Origin: Nageia nagi
Lineage: Eukaryota; Plantae; Pinophyta
DNA: 64,000 nucleotides
Direction of reading: 5' to 3'
Assembly (NCBI GenBank): GCA_050084985.1
Contig: JBITNC010000001.1
Coordinates: 99,820,001 to 99,884,000, forward strand
Part shown: positions 13,737 to 26,361 of the stretch, in pieces
How the letters are laid out: the number at the start of each line of letters is the position of its first letter
How positions within the stretch are numbered: position 1 is the stretch's first letter
Made by a program: the position numbers and the translations under genes
Notes under the pieces: generated by a model
Told to the model about the DNA's origin: nothing
The model's input: the letters and a program-made list of their open reading frames with translations, nothing else
Database searches by the model: none

Positions 13737-15210
13737 GGTCGCATGTTTTTGAATGAGTGCCTCAAGCATGCATAAAAAATGATGCGACTAGGTTCAAGGG
13801 TGAATTTGAAATGCCTTAGCCAAAAGAGGCTAATTGGATGTACAACGTCCCTGAATCTCCCTTCTATCTTGGTCGCATGTTCCGGAGTGGGTGCTTGATC
13901 ATGCATGAAAAATGATGCGACCATGCCTTGAAATGAGTGCAAAGTCTTCTAATGTTCCTTCCTTGGTCGAATGTTTTGGGATGGATGCTAAAGCATGTAT
14001 GGAAAATGATGCGACCAAGAAGAGGGATGAAAATGAGGTATGAAACGTTCAACGAGAAGGTGATATTTATAAGTTTGCTCCTGGACCAAGTGTTAGTCTC
14101 TTACCAGCTTGCTAAAAAGGTCCAATAGATAGTTTACAAACAAGGTCGCATGCATGGTGGGAGGTGCAAAAGGACTAGATAGGAATGGTGCAACTAGAAA
14201 GTGGGACCAGGGGACTTAGCCAATTTTCCAACAAACTTGAGCTCTTATCTCCCTTGTCGCATCCTTCTGGATGATTGCTCAAAGCACATGCTTGAATCCT
14301 TGCGCCTAGTTCTTGGCATGCTTCCCAAGGTCTAAATCTTTGAACAAAACTTCGAAAAATGTGTAGGATGTTCTTGGTCGCACATCCAAGAAGGGGTGCT
14401 TTTTTTTTTCTCCCATCTCCCCACACTCTGGCCCTCCCCAATTTTGCAAACTGAAATGAAGGAGGGTGACTTCCCTTTTATAGCCTTCAAGGTGGGACAC
14501 GTGTCACCATGGGATAGGCGCAGGATGAGGTCCAGTGCATGGGCTTCCACTTGTCACTAACGTCCAACACTTAGCTTATTTCCTTCTATTTTCCCTGGTC
14601 GCATGGTTTTGGATGAGTGCACAAGGACTCATCTCCATCCTTGCAACAAGCCTTGAAGCTTCGAAATTTGGCTAAGTGTTCTCCAAGCTGGTCGCACCCT
14701 TTGAGAGGAGTGCAAAAGGACTTGATGAAATGCATGCGACAGCCTTTGAGACTTCAAAAATATGCTAAGTGTGAAATTCCTAGTCGCATGGTTCCTGAGG
14801 AGTGCAAAAGGACTCACTCCAATGCATGCGACATCTTCAAAAAATGATGCTAAGTCTGAAACATTGGTCGCATCCTTTGAGAGGAGTGCAAACGGACTCA
14901 ACTAAATGCATGCAACATCAGAGGGGGGCCAAAAAAAATGCTAAGTATGAGATGAAACTCAGCCTAGTCGCACCTTCTCCAGAGCGTGCAAAAGGACTCC
15001 CTCAAAAACATGCGACAAGCTGAAAACATGCCCTTTTCCTACATTTTTCGACAACATGATGACAAAAAAGATGCAAGATGGGTGAAATGCAAAAAGGAAG
15101 GTCCTCAGAAGCCCTTCAAGCTGAATGATGTAAACGACAAAGACAAGGCTGCATGGTTGCATGGTTGAAAGGAGGTGCAAAAGCACTCTATGGAAAACAT
15201 GCGACAAGAG
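13737..15210. repeat. Array of ~9-10 inverted-repeat units GGTCGCAT-N~35-40-ATGCGAC (period ~85-100 bp in 14597-15030)
   Basis: Units begin at 13737, 13871, 13965, 14597, 14690, 14782, 14866, 14966 and 15155. Shared core GAGTGCAAAAGGACTC in the right-hand units. Confidence 0.85.
14475..14484 (-). promoter_or_regulatory. Candidate TATA box upstream of ORF A (a second candidate lies at 14064-14073)
   Basis: Minus strand GGCTATAAAAGGG and CTTATAAATAT, both within the repeat zone upstream of the ATG at 13586. Confidence 0.45.
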
Positions 15211-15881
15211 AAAAGTACATGAGAAATGATACTACTGCTGCGAAAATGCAAACTAGACATGTTTCCAACATCCTCCGAAAGGTATACATCTTTTTAGATA
15301 GATTTCATGCAATCTTTTCTTCCTTTATGTTTCCTGAGGGTCCTTTAAATGCGAAAAATTTTGGGGTGGTGTTGTGTAGGCACAACACTTCCCACCACTG
15401 ACTTGAAGCAGTACATCGTCTTCTTCTCCAGACTCTCCACTTGCACATTCGTACCATTCACAGCTCCATTCTCTAAATTGTGCATGGAAGTCGGTCACCA
15501 TTGGCAAAAAGGGGAGAGAGTCCTTAAAGACATCAAAGGAGACATCATCATGGACTTCAATATAGCGAGGCCAGGTCGCTAACGGACTACCAAGAGACCC
15601 CTAGGGCAGTCGTCGCTATCAAGAGTTGGATGTTGGAAGAACACCACAGGCTGAAAGGAAATGTGCTCATCAATGCTCCTCACTCCAACTTCTACCCCAC
15701 GATCGAGTTGATGATCCTTATGTTGTCTAGAGTTCTCGAGAAGGAAGATGCTTCGAAGTTTAGGAAGGAGTTCTTTGGTTTCATTCTTGAGATTGCCAGA
15801 GGGAGGAGAATCAGATGGAGCAAGCTGTTGAGCAACACCATAGTTGAACAATTGTCATCCATAGGTACCACAAGCAAATTC

Positions 15882-17291
15882 TGTGATGTCCCATTTGAGC
15901 CAATGAATAATTTATCATGGGCTCTTTGTATTCTAGGTGTTGTTCATGTTCATGTTGTATATGTGTAACTTAAGAGGGAGCTTATGGTCTGTGGACCCCA
16001 CTGTAAGCCCAGAAATGGGACATCTCCCTTTGAGTAGTGATGTTGTGTGATGTGATGGGTAATCCTGGATTGTGGGAATCCCAATGTAGTGTTGTATGTG
16101 TGGGTAATCCCGGATTGTGGGAATCCCTCTAACATCCCCTTTCAGAAGGTACAGTTCGCCAGAGGTCTTGGAGAGTTGATATGATTGGTTCTTTGGATAG
16201 GGCATCTCGTGGGAAATGTTTTGACAGGCCACACGACATGGTTTTATCAAGAAACGAAGGAGTTATGGTCTCTTGAAGTTCGCCAACCAGACCAATCTTC
16301 CACTTCTTGGCCGCCCATGAAAATCTATGAACAGCTCTATATTGACCCCTTGGAATGTGGCGTCCCACTCCTTGGGAGATGAGTATGTTGTGTGGTGTAT
16401 TCAATGCATTTAGCAATAGTAATGGGACCGCTTTTTTAAGTTGTAGTGCATGATTTCCAAGGCATTGCATTTCTAGCCAATGGATCTTGTGATTACGAGC
16501 ATCCCTAGGCAACATTGGAATAGAGAGGCATGCGCATGATTCCTAGGTGAGATCTATGAGAGACTATATTGAGGATGGAGCTCCATGATGAGGTTAGCAA
16601 TTATTATACATCTTTCTATACCAGAACCTCTTGGGCATTCAAGTATTGGCGATGCTGAGCAATATTCCTAGATAGTGTCTAGAGGAGTGACAAGGTTGGG
16701 AGCATAGCATTCTACGACTTAGGTGGGTCACCTAGTCCATCCAATGGTATTCCGAGGGCGAGCTTCCACATTCATTGGTCGCCAGGGTTTGAGGAGACTC
16801 CGTCGCAAGAGAGGATTCGGATGTTGAGGGGGTGAGTCGTTCCCATTTCATGTTCGGTTGGCTGAGGGTTTGGAACCCTAGATCTATGATTGTAATCTCC
16901 ATTGTGCTTCATCATCATACCATAATAAAATACATATCATTGTGCCTCTCATTCTTGTGTTTTTCCATTGTGTGCATGCGTTGTGATATACTGGTGTTGG
17001 AAGCTTGTTCTGGCTTCATATTGTTGTGTGTTCCCATTGTTGGTAATTATATGTTGTACATTGTTACTGGAAGGCATTCATGGGGTTTGCAGAGTGTTGG
17101 GGAAGCCCTAGGGGCTGACGTCAGCATTGGCTGGATCTCATTTGGCATTGTGTATTGTCCGGGAGCTCTAGGAGGCCCAATTGGATGTGTTGAGGTGTAT
17201 GTGTACCCTAGAGGGCAATCGTTGGGTGTTTGAAAGTTATAGAAGCCCTAGCTTGAGTTGTATTTGCTGAGGGTGAATTTAGAACATTACA
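15882..17291 (+). mobile_element. Solo LTR (1,410 bp), chromovirus-type family
   Basis: TGTGATGTCCC...GAACATTACA with TSD AATTC (15877-15881, 17292-17296). Shares GCCA.TGGATCTTGT.ATT...GCATCCCTAGGC with the solo LTR at 32628. Confidence 0.92.
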
Positions 17292-20200
17292 AATTCTACC
17301 TCAATTCATACCTGGTGTATATGTTGCTACAGGGCAGATATAGAACTACAACGCAAGGGGAGACGGCTTGGATAGAGAAAGGGACCTATTCCATTTGGAA
17401 GTGCTACCCCAAATGGAAGCTAGAAAGGAGATGGGATAGTTTCACAATGAAGAACAATGGATAGGAGTATGAAATATATAGGGAGCTCAAGGGAGAGACC
17501 ACAGTTGCCAGGATCTCCAATTCAGCCCAAGATGCTTTGAAAAAGCATGGGGACTTCTTCCTCCATCACCAACACTATTCCTACATTCGTACACATGGGT
17601 TAGTCGTGCAACCATATCAGTTGCCAAGGTTCGTGAGTAACAGACTACTGTTGATGGAGATAATGAGGTAGTTGGCCTTTCTACATGAGCATGTGTGGCA
17701 AAAGAAATCTACCACATCTAATTTGCCGATTATTGTGGAAGAATATCAGTGTAAGTCCTGGACAGATGTGGATACCATGAGGGAAGAAATGGCCAAATTT
17801 AGTTTCAAGAAGATGCCTACAGCAGACCATTATGACCCTGACCACAGGATGCAATTGTTCTTCATGAAGGAGAGGAGGAAACATTACAAGCATAAATCGC
17901 TTGCAGACGAATGCTAATGATCAGCAACACCATGTGGAAGCCACTATCAATGAGAGACTCTCGCAGCATAAGGGAAGAAAACTTCAAGAGTCTACCTCCA
18001 AGATCACACAGTTCCCTCCAATTGTTGAGACACCAGCTGGACAATATGCATCTATGCGTGGTAAGAACCCAGTTGAGCAAGTTGTACAAGTACGGATCAC
18101 CATGGACGAGCATGACGCAAGAGAGCTCGAACGTGTGGCCACAGACAAGGTGGTTAGGTGTGTAAGAAACAAAAATCAGGATTCGTCTCCGCCATCCAAA
18201 CCACCTAGAGCCACAACAGCAAGGCCTTCACCCATTGTTCCACCATCTAGATCTTCATCTTCCAGTCACTTGTACAGACCGGTTGAGTCAAGAGGAAAGG
18301 GAGGTTGGAGAATCAAAAGACGAACAGGAAGTGAATGCAGCCTAGGATGACGAGATCCCAAATGCACAGCAACATGACTCCTTAAAGATATTGAAAGTGA
18401 TCCATAAAACAGCAGCATCAGAGTCGTCTACAGAGAAGGGTAAGGAGCCAATGTTGGAGACAATACAGAAGAGAGCTCGGTTGAAGAGAACTCCGCAGTC
18501 AAGAACTATAGAAGCTTCAGGTGAGCACGACAAAGAAGGAGAGAGACCCTCTAAGAGAGGAAAGAAGAATACCGTTACCATATAGGAGGCAGTTGTGGAG
18601 ACTTACCAACCATCACCCACAAATGAGTGGGGTGTCAATATGGTGGAATGTCTTGATGTGTTTAACATGAATGTCGGGGAAGAGTTTGAGGCGAAAGAGA
18701 AGAATGATCAGAATGGAGAGAGCTCCACTCGCCCAAGGAAGACCCAAACATCTGTGCATCTAGCTGATAATGCCATACATATCAAGACCATAATAGCTAA
18801 TAAGGAACCCACAACGTTTTGAAGACCTTAGATAGATCAACTAGATCATCAACACAGTTCCGATTGGTTTCGTTGGTCGGAAACATGCAATCATCTCCAA
18901 CACTAAGGCCATCATCAAGGTATGATGAAGGACAAAGAAATCAAAAGCCTCAAGAAAGAGTTAGCCACACAGAGGAAGTTGACTAGGGAATTAGAATCGG
19001 CTAAGGTGCCCACAGAGGATCTCCAAAAAATGAAACCACTCAAGGAGGGCATGATTGCAGTTAAGCAAAGGCATATAGATGAGGTCTTGGTAACAGTACA
19101 GTAGTTTACTAGGGCATTAGAGAGGGTAGCATTCGAGGAACAAAAGCTCAAAGACATCATGGTGGAGAGAGCCAATCTTCTCAGGATTTTAGATTCCAGA
19201 AGGCCCATGATCATGCAATTCGAGATGACATAGAATTGAAGGCCAAAGGATGTGAAGTTTTGTGAGGAGTATTGGTTTTATTTGGGAGTGGTTAATCAAA
19301 TAGCCACCTGATTCCAAGAAGTGCAGAAGGACATTCAGAAGCTCAACGATAAGGCAAACACTTGTCTTGAGCAAATGGAGTTCCAAGTCAGGTTCATTGA
19401 TGATGACACCACTATCCGAGATAGAGACATTGTAGTGGAAGAAGTGAGACACTTCCTGCACAGCCTGATCTTGACCAAGGCCATCAACACCTTTCAAACT
19501 GGCTATCACTTGGAGCACTTACTCAAAGCCCATGCTTGGAAAAAGGATATGCTGAAGATAGCGTTGTGTTGTGAGGAATGGACCAAAGCTGTAAAAGATG
19601 TTACATGGATTGGAGCTTACAGCCAAATTCTTAGATGATGACTTCAAGGGACGTGATGAGGCATTGGTCCCACCAACCGCTTAGTCACATTATTTGTTTT
19701 TATTATATTTAATAATTATTTTGAAGAAGCTTTGTTTTATTTGTTAATAAATTCCCAAGTTTGTGATGGATGAGGATTTGCTCCCACAAACTTGGATAAT
19801 GTCTTGTAATGCTAGGTGGCATATTTCTATTGGACCATACTTTATTTCTTAAAAATTGCAATTAGGGTTAGGGCAATGCTTAGGATTGCCAAGAAAACTA
19901 TGTTTTAGCCCATTTGGGCTCATTTGTAAGGGGATTAGACATTTTTTGCAAATTGGACTACTTACACAATACTTTCAAACTCGCAAGTTTCCCTATTTTG
20001 TAATTGTGATATAATTTCAAGAAATTGAAGTGAGTAATGTTTTCATTTGGAACTATGGATGTGAATGTGTGTTACATCTTTATGCTTTCTTGAATGTTTG
20101 GAACATTTTGTAAATCTTATAAAGGTGGACAAAACAATGCCTACAAATCTTTTTGAAACATTACAAGTAGTGTATGGTTGTGATGTTCCATAGTTTGCAC

Positions 20201-20817
20201 ATTGGACTAGTGTCTTTTGAGATGACTTGCATATGCCATTTAATCTAGGAACTTCATTCCGTGTGTGAGTTTTACCCACGTCATACCTTTCTTTCCATCG
20301 TCTTAGCGCCGAGCTCCCCTTGTTAGGATACTCGTGTTGTTGCCTTTCAAGTCGGATTAGGAATGTGTGAAACCTAGGCCAAACCTGTGCAAGTCTAGTC
20401 TTTGAAACCCACACTAGTCAGTGAGAATATTTCCCTAGAGCTGAACTCATATATCACCGTCTTCTCACAACCCTTTTTTATTCTTTTTTATTTCTTGTGC
20501 GCGGCTTTCACAACAAACCTTTTCTTTTCTTCTTTTTCTTGAGAAACAACCATTCCTTGATCGGGACCCTTCGAGTCCTTGGCTAACAAACATTATTTGA
20601 GTTGGTAACAACTTCAAACATCTCCACCATATCACTTGAGTGAACCCTTGCAGCCTTCACTTTCAAACTTTTGAGGTAAACAGTCCTCATAACGGGTAGG
20701 GGTTACACCCTACCTCTCAAGTGTTGGAGTCTTTCCACAGGCATTGTGATACCATTTGCCAATCAGCAAGTGTAGGAAAGAAAAAGCCCCCAACAGAACC
20801 CTAAGCAAATGCCTGTC

Positions 20818-20925
20818 GGAATCCCAGTTGGAGGCAAATTCCAAGCAAACATCCATTAGGATTCCAATTGGAGACAAATACCACGCTAACACCTACTGGG
20901 ATTCCAGTTGGAGGCAAATCCTAAG
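20818..20925 (+). repeat. ~40-bp tandem repeat, ~2.6 copies
   Basis: GGA.TCC(C)A.TTGGAG.CAAAT occurs three times. Confidence 0.65.
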
Positions 20926-21342
20926 AAAAATCCAATCAACTTCATCTAGAGAACACACTATATCACTAATGAAAAATATTAATTATGAAACCTATATGAG
21001 ACAAAGCACATTAAAAAAAATAGCATAACTAGAACTGAGGTAAAATAGTGTGAAAAACAAATGGCGATCCCATGCCTAAAACTATAGTTGTTTTACTCTG
21101 ATTAAAAAGAGAAAAAAAAAAAGTAAATTTTATCCATTAAAGTCTGTTGTTGCCTGAACTAGCATGTGCTGTTCAAAATGTTATCTGCTACATGACACCT
21201 TAACTATTGAAAACAATAGATTAAAACAGAAAACAGTTCTCTCAGAATAAACATTGAAGAAGGATAATGAGATAGAACAAGATATAGAAAATGATTTCAT
21301 CTAACATCAAATTACTATGTATGACATCGTATTTACCTTTAT

Positions 21343-22960
21343 TTGTTAAGAATCTACCCTACATTTCCTCTCACACATGGTAGGGGGCCTATAGAGTTTG
21401 GTGAATGCCCTCATTCATTTAGTGACAGCCAAGAGTTGGTGTTCAACCTCGATAAAACCAATTTTCTAGCCTTCAATGTCTCTAGGCCTATAGCCTTTCA
21501 AACTCAAATAGCTTATCAAGGCAAAATCATTGTGACCTCCACCCCTTACACCTATTTGGATGCAGTTTTCTCAGGACCTAGGTTTTCAATGAAATTCACA
21601 GGCACGCCTAAGATCTACAAGGGCTACATAGCAGTCTCCATCCTAGATAGACAGTGTGTTCAGCTTCATTTTCAAGACACTTCGTCCAAATTATAGTTGT
21701 TTGATACCTTGGTCACCTGCACAATTCTCTATGGTGTTGAGGTGTGATGTCCTAGCTTGAGGGCCTCAAATTGAACCACAGTAGAGAGGATTCATATCAG
21801 CACACTTTCTCTCCCTATTCGAAGCAAGAGGACTATTCCCCATCACATCTTACTAGCAAAGTTTGGTTGCCAACCCTTTTAGGTGTGGATTCTCGTAGTA
21901 TGGATTCTCTTCCTCTATTGTCTCTATGATTTCACTACCTCTAGCAAGGCGTACGCGCGGCTTACCCAGGGCCTTGCCTTCTATGGAGTTGGTTATCTAG
22001 GGTTGTCGTTGATGTTCGTTCGGAAAGGTCACTAACGCTCTCCAACGTTTTGGCCTCTCTTATGATCGACTATTTATTCTTCAAGGAAACCCGCATAGTA
22101 CTGCCAATGAGTCACTAGTGTCGATCTGTGACACAATATAGAAGGCCTACCTACTTGGGTTACTCCCTCTCACACCCATTATTCACAATGCTTTCTTTAG
22201 ATTAATCCTCTACCCAAAGTATATAATCTTCAATCTTTCTTTCAATTTGAGTGTGTTTCTCGGGTAGTTTAGGGTTTTCTTACATCAATTGTGGATCAAG
22301 ATAGACCACCACCTAGCTCACAAGCTTTGTGTCTGACACCAACATTCTCTAGAGACCAAGTTAGAAGACACTTCATCTTTAGATGATCGGTTTACTATGA
22401 GATTTGGGGAAAATATTGTTGCCTCTTTTGGGACTCCCATAATTCGATTCCGACCTCCTTTCGATACCCATATCAGAGATGTGTGGCACTCTTCCTCCAA
22501 GGTACTTTTCTTCTTAGGAAACATCTCCTATCTCACACGTAGCACCCAATAGAGGTTCGTCGAATTACATTATTCTTTCAAGCCTCCTCAGATGAGGGGA
22601 TATCTAAGACCCACAAGAGGACCCTCCACCTCCTACTTGAAGCACTAGGATATGCCCACAATCCATCGAGGGCTCGCTGAATCATGTCCCTTTTCACCAC
22701 CAATACGGTTGACAAGAGCATTGGACATGAAGTCCAAGAGGATTCCACCCCAACCGCATAGTTGAGCCCATCGTTGAGCTCTCTCTTCTCTATGCTCAAT
22801 GCAGCCTCCCCTTGACTGCTCACTACTATATTGTATTTTTTTCAGCTTTTTGCCCATTTCTAGGGTTTTCAACCCTTTTTTTTGTACATATTATTAGTTT
22901 GGTTGAGATGTAGGGTAGGCAATCTTGACCCTTGCTTGCTACTATATCATTCATGTACGC
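21343..22960 (+). mobile_element. 5'-truncated, decayed LINE (RT C-terminus and downstream region; RTEX/L2-like motifs)
   Basis: LVFNLDKT...YTYL(D)AVF...LFDTLVTCTILYGVEV*, then LG*FRVS/HQLWIKIDH at ~22260-22310 and RHFIFR at ~22370. Confidence 0.7.
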
Positions 22961-23100
22961 TCTAATCCCAAAAACCATTGGACATTAATATATTTTTTTT
23001 CTTTCTTTATTGACAACCTACTTAAGTTGCTTTAGCAAATCCTTATGCTTTCTAGTTGGCCTACAGTAATTGTCTCATTTTATAATAAATTATATCTAAT

Positions 23101-24446
23101 CAAGGTTACACATAATATTGGGGATGAGGATGGTTGAAATGGGGGATGTGTTAACAAGGTTACATGGAAACTTTAACTTATTAAGCCTAAAAGTGAATAT
23201 AAATTACAATTTTAAATTGAAATTCCCATTTGTTAAGCCTAAAAGTGAATATAGAATACAATTTTAAATTGAAATTCTCATTTGTTATACTAAAGTTTAA
23301 ACTTAAATACAAAAACAACTTATTAAGCCTGGAAGTGAATATCAAATACAATTTTAAATTGATATTCTCATTCATTATACTAAAGTCTAAACATAAAAGT
23401 AAACTTAAGTATTGATTCTTGAATAATGAAACATCAAAGTCAAACAAAAAACAATGAACAATAACATGAAGAACGAAATGACTAAAATCAAAGTTCAAAC
23501 TCTCAAATCAATATCATATAATCATCATAAGTCTCATGTCCTAAGAGTCAAATACATTGTGATATTGATTGTTGATATTTGATACTCAGTTTCATTGGGT
23601 CCACAACATAACAGTATAAGACTACAATCATATAACAGTTTACTGTTTTTTCTAACAAGAAACACTAAAAAAGACCTAGAAAAGTAAACATCAGACACTA
23701 AAGCTTTGTCAAATGATTGAAATCTGTAAAAGACACAAATTCACTCCAAAATAGTTGATATTGCACCAGCTGTTATACAAACTTTGGTTCCAGTCAAAGT
23801 GGTTCCCAAATTGTATGAGATTGCAAAGCACATGATTAAAATTTAACATTGGGCACTCTCATAAATGTACTAAAATACACACAAGTTTGTCATACCACAG
23901 TTTTCTTTTGTTGAAACTCCTTATTTTTTTATTCCTCCAAATTCACTGAAATTGTTATTAGCCTGAGGTTTGAAGAATTAATTATTATCATTAACAGTAT
24001 TAGAATGCACTTAATTGATTGTAGACAACTATTATATTTACGCAATGAAACTTATTTCAATAGTAGAATGCAATATATGAAGAGAGTCCTTGTTGATCTT
24101 TTGGGATTAAGAGAGCCCTTTTTCATGGTTTTTTATTTATTTTTTGGTTTTTAATTTCTCAACACCATGGGATCCATCGGGCCATACCCAGAACAATCAA
24201 GGGTTGCTAAAGGCGTCTCTTTCCTGTATCCAAGAACAGCTAGACATCTCCTTTCTGTCTCCCAAACAGCTATCATATCTGGGAACACTTTCTGGTTTTG
24301 GCCAACTGTATCCTAGAATTGCTAGGGCACCACCTCCTTGGGGTAAATGCTTAAGAAAACGTTCCCCATGAGTTTCCCCGTATTCGAGAGCTTCAGGGGT
24401 TACATACACCAATCCCAAGGGAAAACACAAATCCCATGTAACCTTG
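23101..24446. mobile_element. Non-autonomous hAT-type DNA transposon (1,346 bp)
   Basis: TIR CAAGGTTACA / TGTAACCTTG and perfect 8-bp TSD TATCTAAT (23093-23100, 24447-24454). No transposase. Confidence 0.9.
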
Positions 24447-25109
24447 TATCTAATCAAGTTGATTCATGTGGCATTGACCCATCCAATACACATATTGCCA
24501 AAAGTGTAAATTCATTATTCAATGAACTTGTATACTTCAAGTTCCCATGGTAATAAAAGAGGATTTTACCAATAGTATTGACTACATTTTTACAAATATT
24601 GACATTTTGAAATAGAATTGACTTTTAGGAACTTTGATTGTCATAAACACCATCTTGATACACATATATCAAGTTTGAGGCACAAAAACCTTCAGAAATC
24701 TTCTTTAGATACATTTATCTTGATGAACTAGCATTGTATTCATTAGAAGTTATTTGGAATGGAGATTTGTTTTTAGGATTTGACTAGAGGTAGTTTGTTG
24801 ATTTCAATGGACTTTTGAAAGTATGCCTACATCAACGTCTTAAAGCTCTTGGATTTGTATTGTTAACAATACACTATTGAATGTTAAACAATTGAGGTTG
24901 ATAAGGAATTGCATTTGCTACAAAAATATTGGATGAACAAGATTGCAAGATATGGTAGCAAAATAAAACAATTAGGTTCCATGTTTGATGATATGAGGGG
25001 TAAAAAAACCAAACGACCTACGCATGGTGGCAAGATTGAAACTAAACCTATTGTAATATCAATATAGGTGTATTTTGTGATTATGTGTGTGTACAAGTCC
25101 TATGAATGA

Positions 25110-26361
25110 TGGCATATTTAATTTATTTGCTACTTCAATCTCTTGGTCTAGACATCAAGAGACTCCCACCTACTAATCTGCCAACCAATGATACATACTT
25201 CAGTATTAATAAGAGATTCGAGATGAGATCTACGCAGCATACCTAAAGACTACCTAAATAGAACCAAAGGAGCTTGTCGCCAAACTTGTTCCTTTACTCT
25301 TGCTTTTACCTTAAAGTAGAGAATGGATTGATCACTACCCTAAAATACAACTTGATGCAAATGTCAAATAGCCTCACATTCCCTCTAGCCCAATTACGAG
25401 TTTGATCACACTAGCTACATATTGAGACAGATCATCACATTCACGAAGACTAGCGTATTTGTAGACTTTGCAGTCTCGAAGTGTAATCCGAGGAGCATTT
25501 CATTTTCGCTTGCCCCCATCTAGCATGAGAAACATGGTAGATACGATTGCTTATTCAAAGACATCCATACACTAAAATATTGGATAAATTACGAAGATCA
25601 CAGGTACATCACCTTTTAATCAAAGAAATACTCAATCTTAGGAAAGTCCTACTAAATAACAAATTTAAGAAGAGCACTGAAATTAGACTTATCCCTTCCT
25701 TCTTCCAACCCCAAGGAGTCTTTAATCAGATTTAACATAGAAAACCCTACAATGTGCAAGGAAAAAACACACAGGACAAATGGCAGCTTCAATCTTTATT
25801 ACTTTCAAACTTTCACCGTATACAAAGACAAGGGGTCAATGCCCTTTTATAAGAAAATAGGAAGATTTCAATTAAACCCCCTCTACATGTACACCACACT
25901 TAATAATAGTCGTGCGCTTAATAATAGCCATGTGCATAATAATAGTCACATGCTATCTAATAATAGCAACTAAAAATAGTATTGTAAGACTAGAAAAGAG
26001 TGAGTGGAGGAGGATTGTCAGGGGGTGCACCACCACATTGTTGCACCCATGTACCACCATGCAAAAGAACATCAAAGATCTAAATATTGACTTCACCTCC
26101 TAAAAATCAACTCCAACAAAAACTTAGGATGGCATCGAACACTCGTATCATTTGCTACTTCTCAGCCTTGAATGTTGGAAGCAATCATTAACTCGTAGAT
26201 TTCATAGATTTGGAGATTTTTCTAGTGCTAGTTGTGGGTTTCCTGTTTTGCATTGCTCATGTGTTTATTTACTCTACTTTCTTTGTAGTTGCGCTAGGCA
26301 CTCCCATTACCTTGTAAATGTCTTTTCCTACAATCCCATTTGACCATTTTGGTCACCAACA
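25110..26361 (-). mobile_element. Probable LTR (solo or fragment), minus orientation
   Basis: Plus strand ends ...GGTCACCAACA (TGTTGG start on minus). Minus-strand TATA CTTATAAAAGGGC at ~25842-25853. Left end and TSD not resolved. Confidence 0.45.

Larger units (their letters stand above)
8737..15387 (-). mobile_element. Element A: 6,651-bp solo-LTR-like insertion containing a ~1,160-codon ORF
   Basis: Termini TGTTG (8737) and CAACA (15387), perfect 5-bp TSD CTTCC (8732-8736, 15388-15392). No terminal direct repeats or gag/pol seen. Minus-strand 3' end AGGAAAGAAAAACATACCAACA resembles the end of element B. Confidence 0.88.
8585..19638 (+). pseudogene. Degenerate copy B of the large retroelement accessory ORF, in three pieces (8585-8736, 15393-15881, 17297-19638)
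   Basis: Removing each insertion plus one TSD restores the frame (...RESIRGLP|TTDLKQY... and ...GTTSKF|YLNSYLVYML...). Motifs GDFF..HYSYIRTHG...PYQLPRFVSNRLLLME and YDP are shared with copies A and C. Confidence 0.85.
7716..20795 (+). mobile_element. Element B: ORF-bearing giant-LTR-like unit (~5.0 kb after removing two nested insertions)
   Basis: Order is palindrome array, then interrupted large ORF, then an LTR-like tail ending AGGAAAGAAAAAGCCCCCAACA at 20795. Flanked by GAACC (7711-7715 and 20796-20800), but there is no 5' TG, so the left boundary is tentative. No PBS follows the right end. Confidence 0.7.

Noticed and set aside
7770-15210. CRISPR-like appearance of the palindromic repeat/spacer arrays
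   Set aside because: Eukaryotic TE context, degenerate repeats, spacers of unequal length that are partly homologous to each other, and no cas genes.
8737-20795. A single element with ~25-bp terminal inverted repeats and divergent ORFs
   Set aside because: Flanks CTTCC and GAACC do not match. The CTTCC TSD at 8732/15388 shows A is nested in B in opposite orientation.
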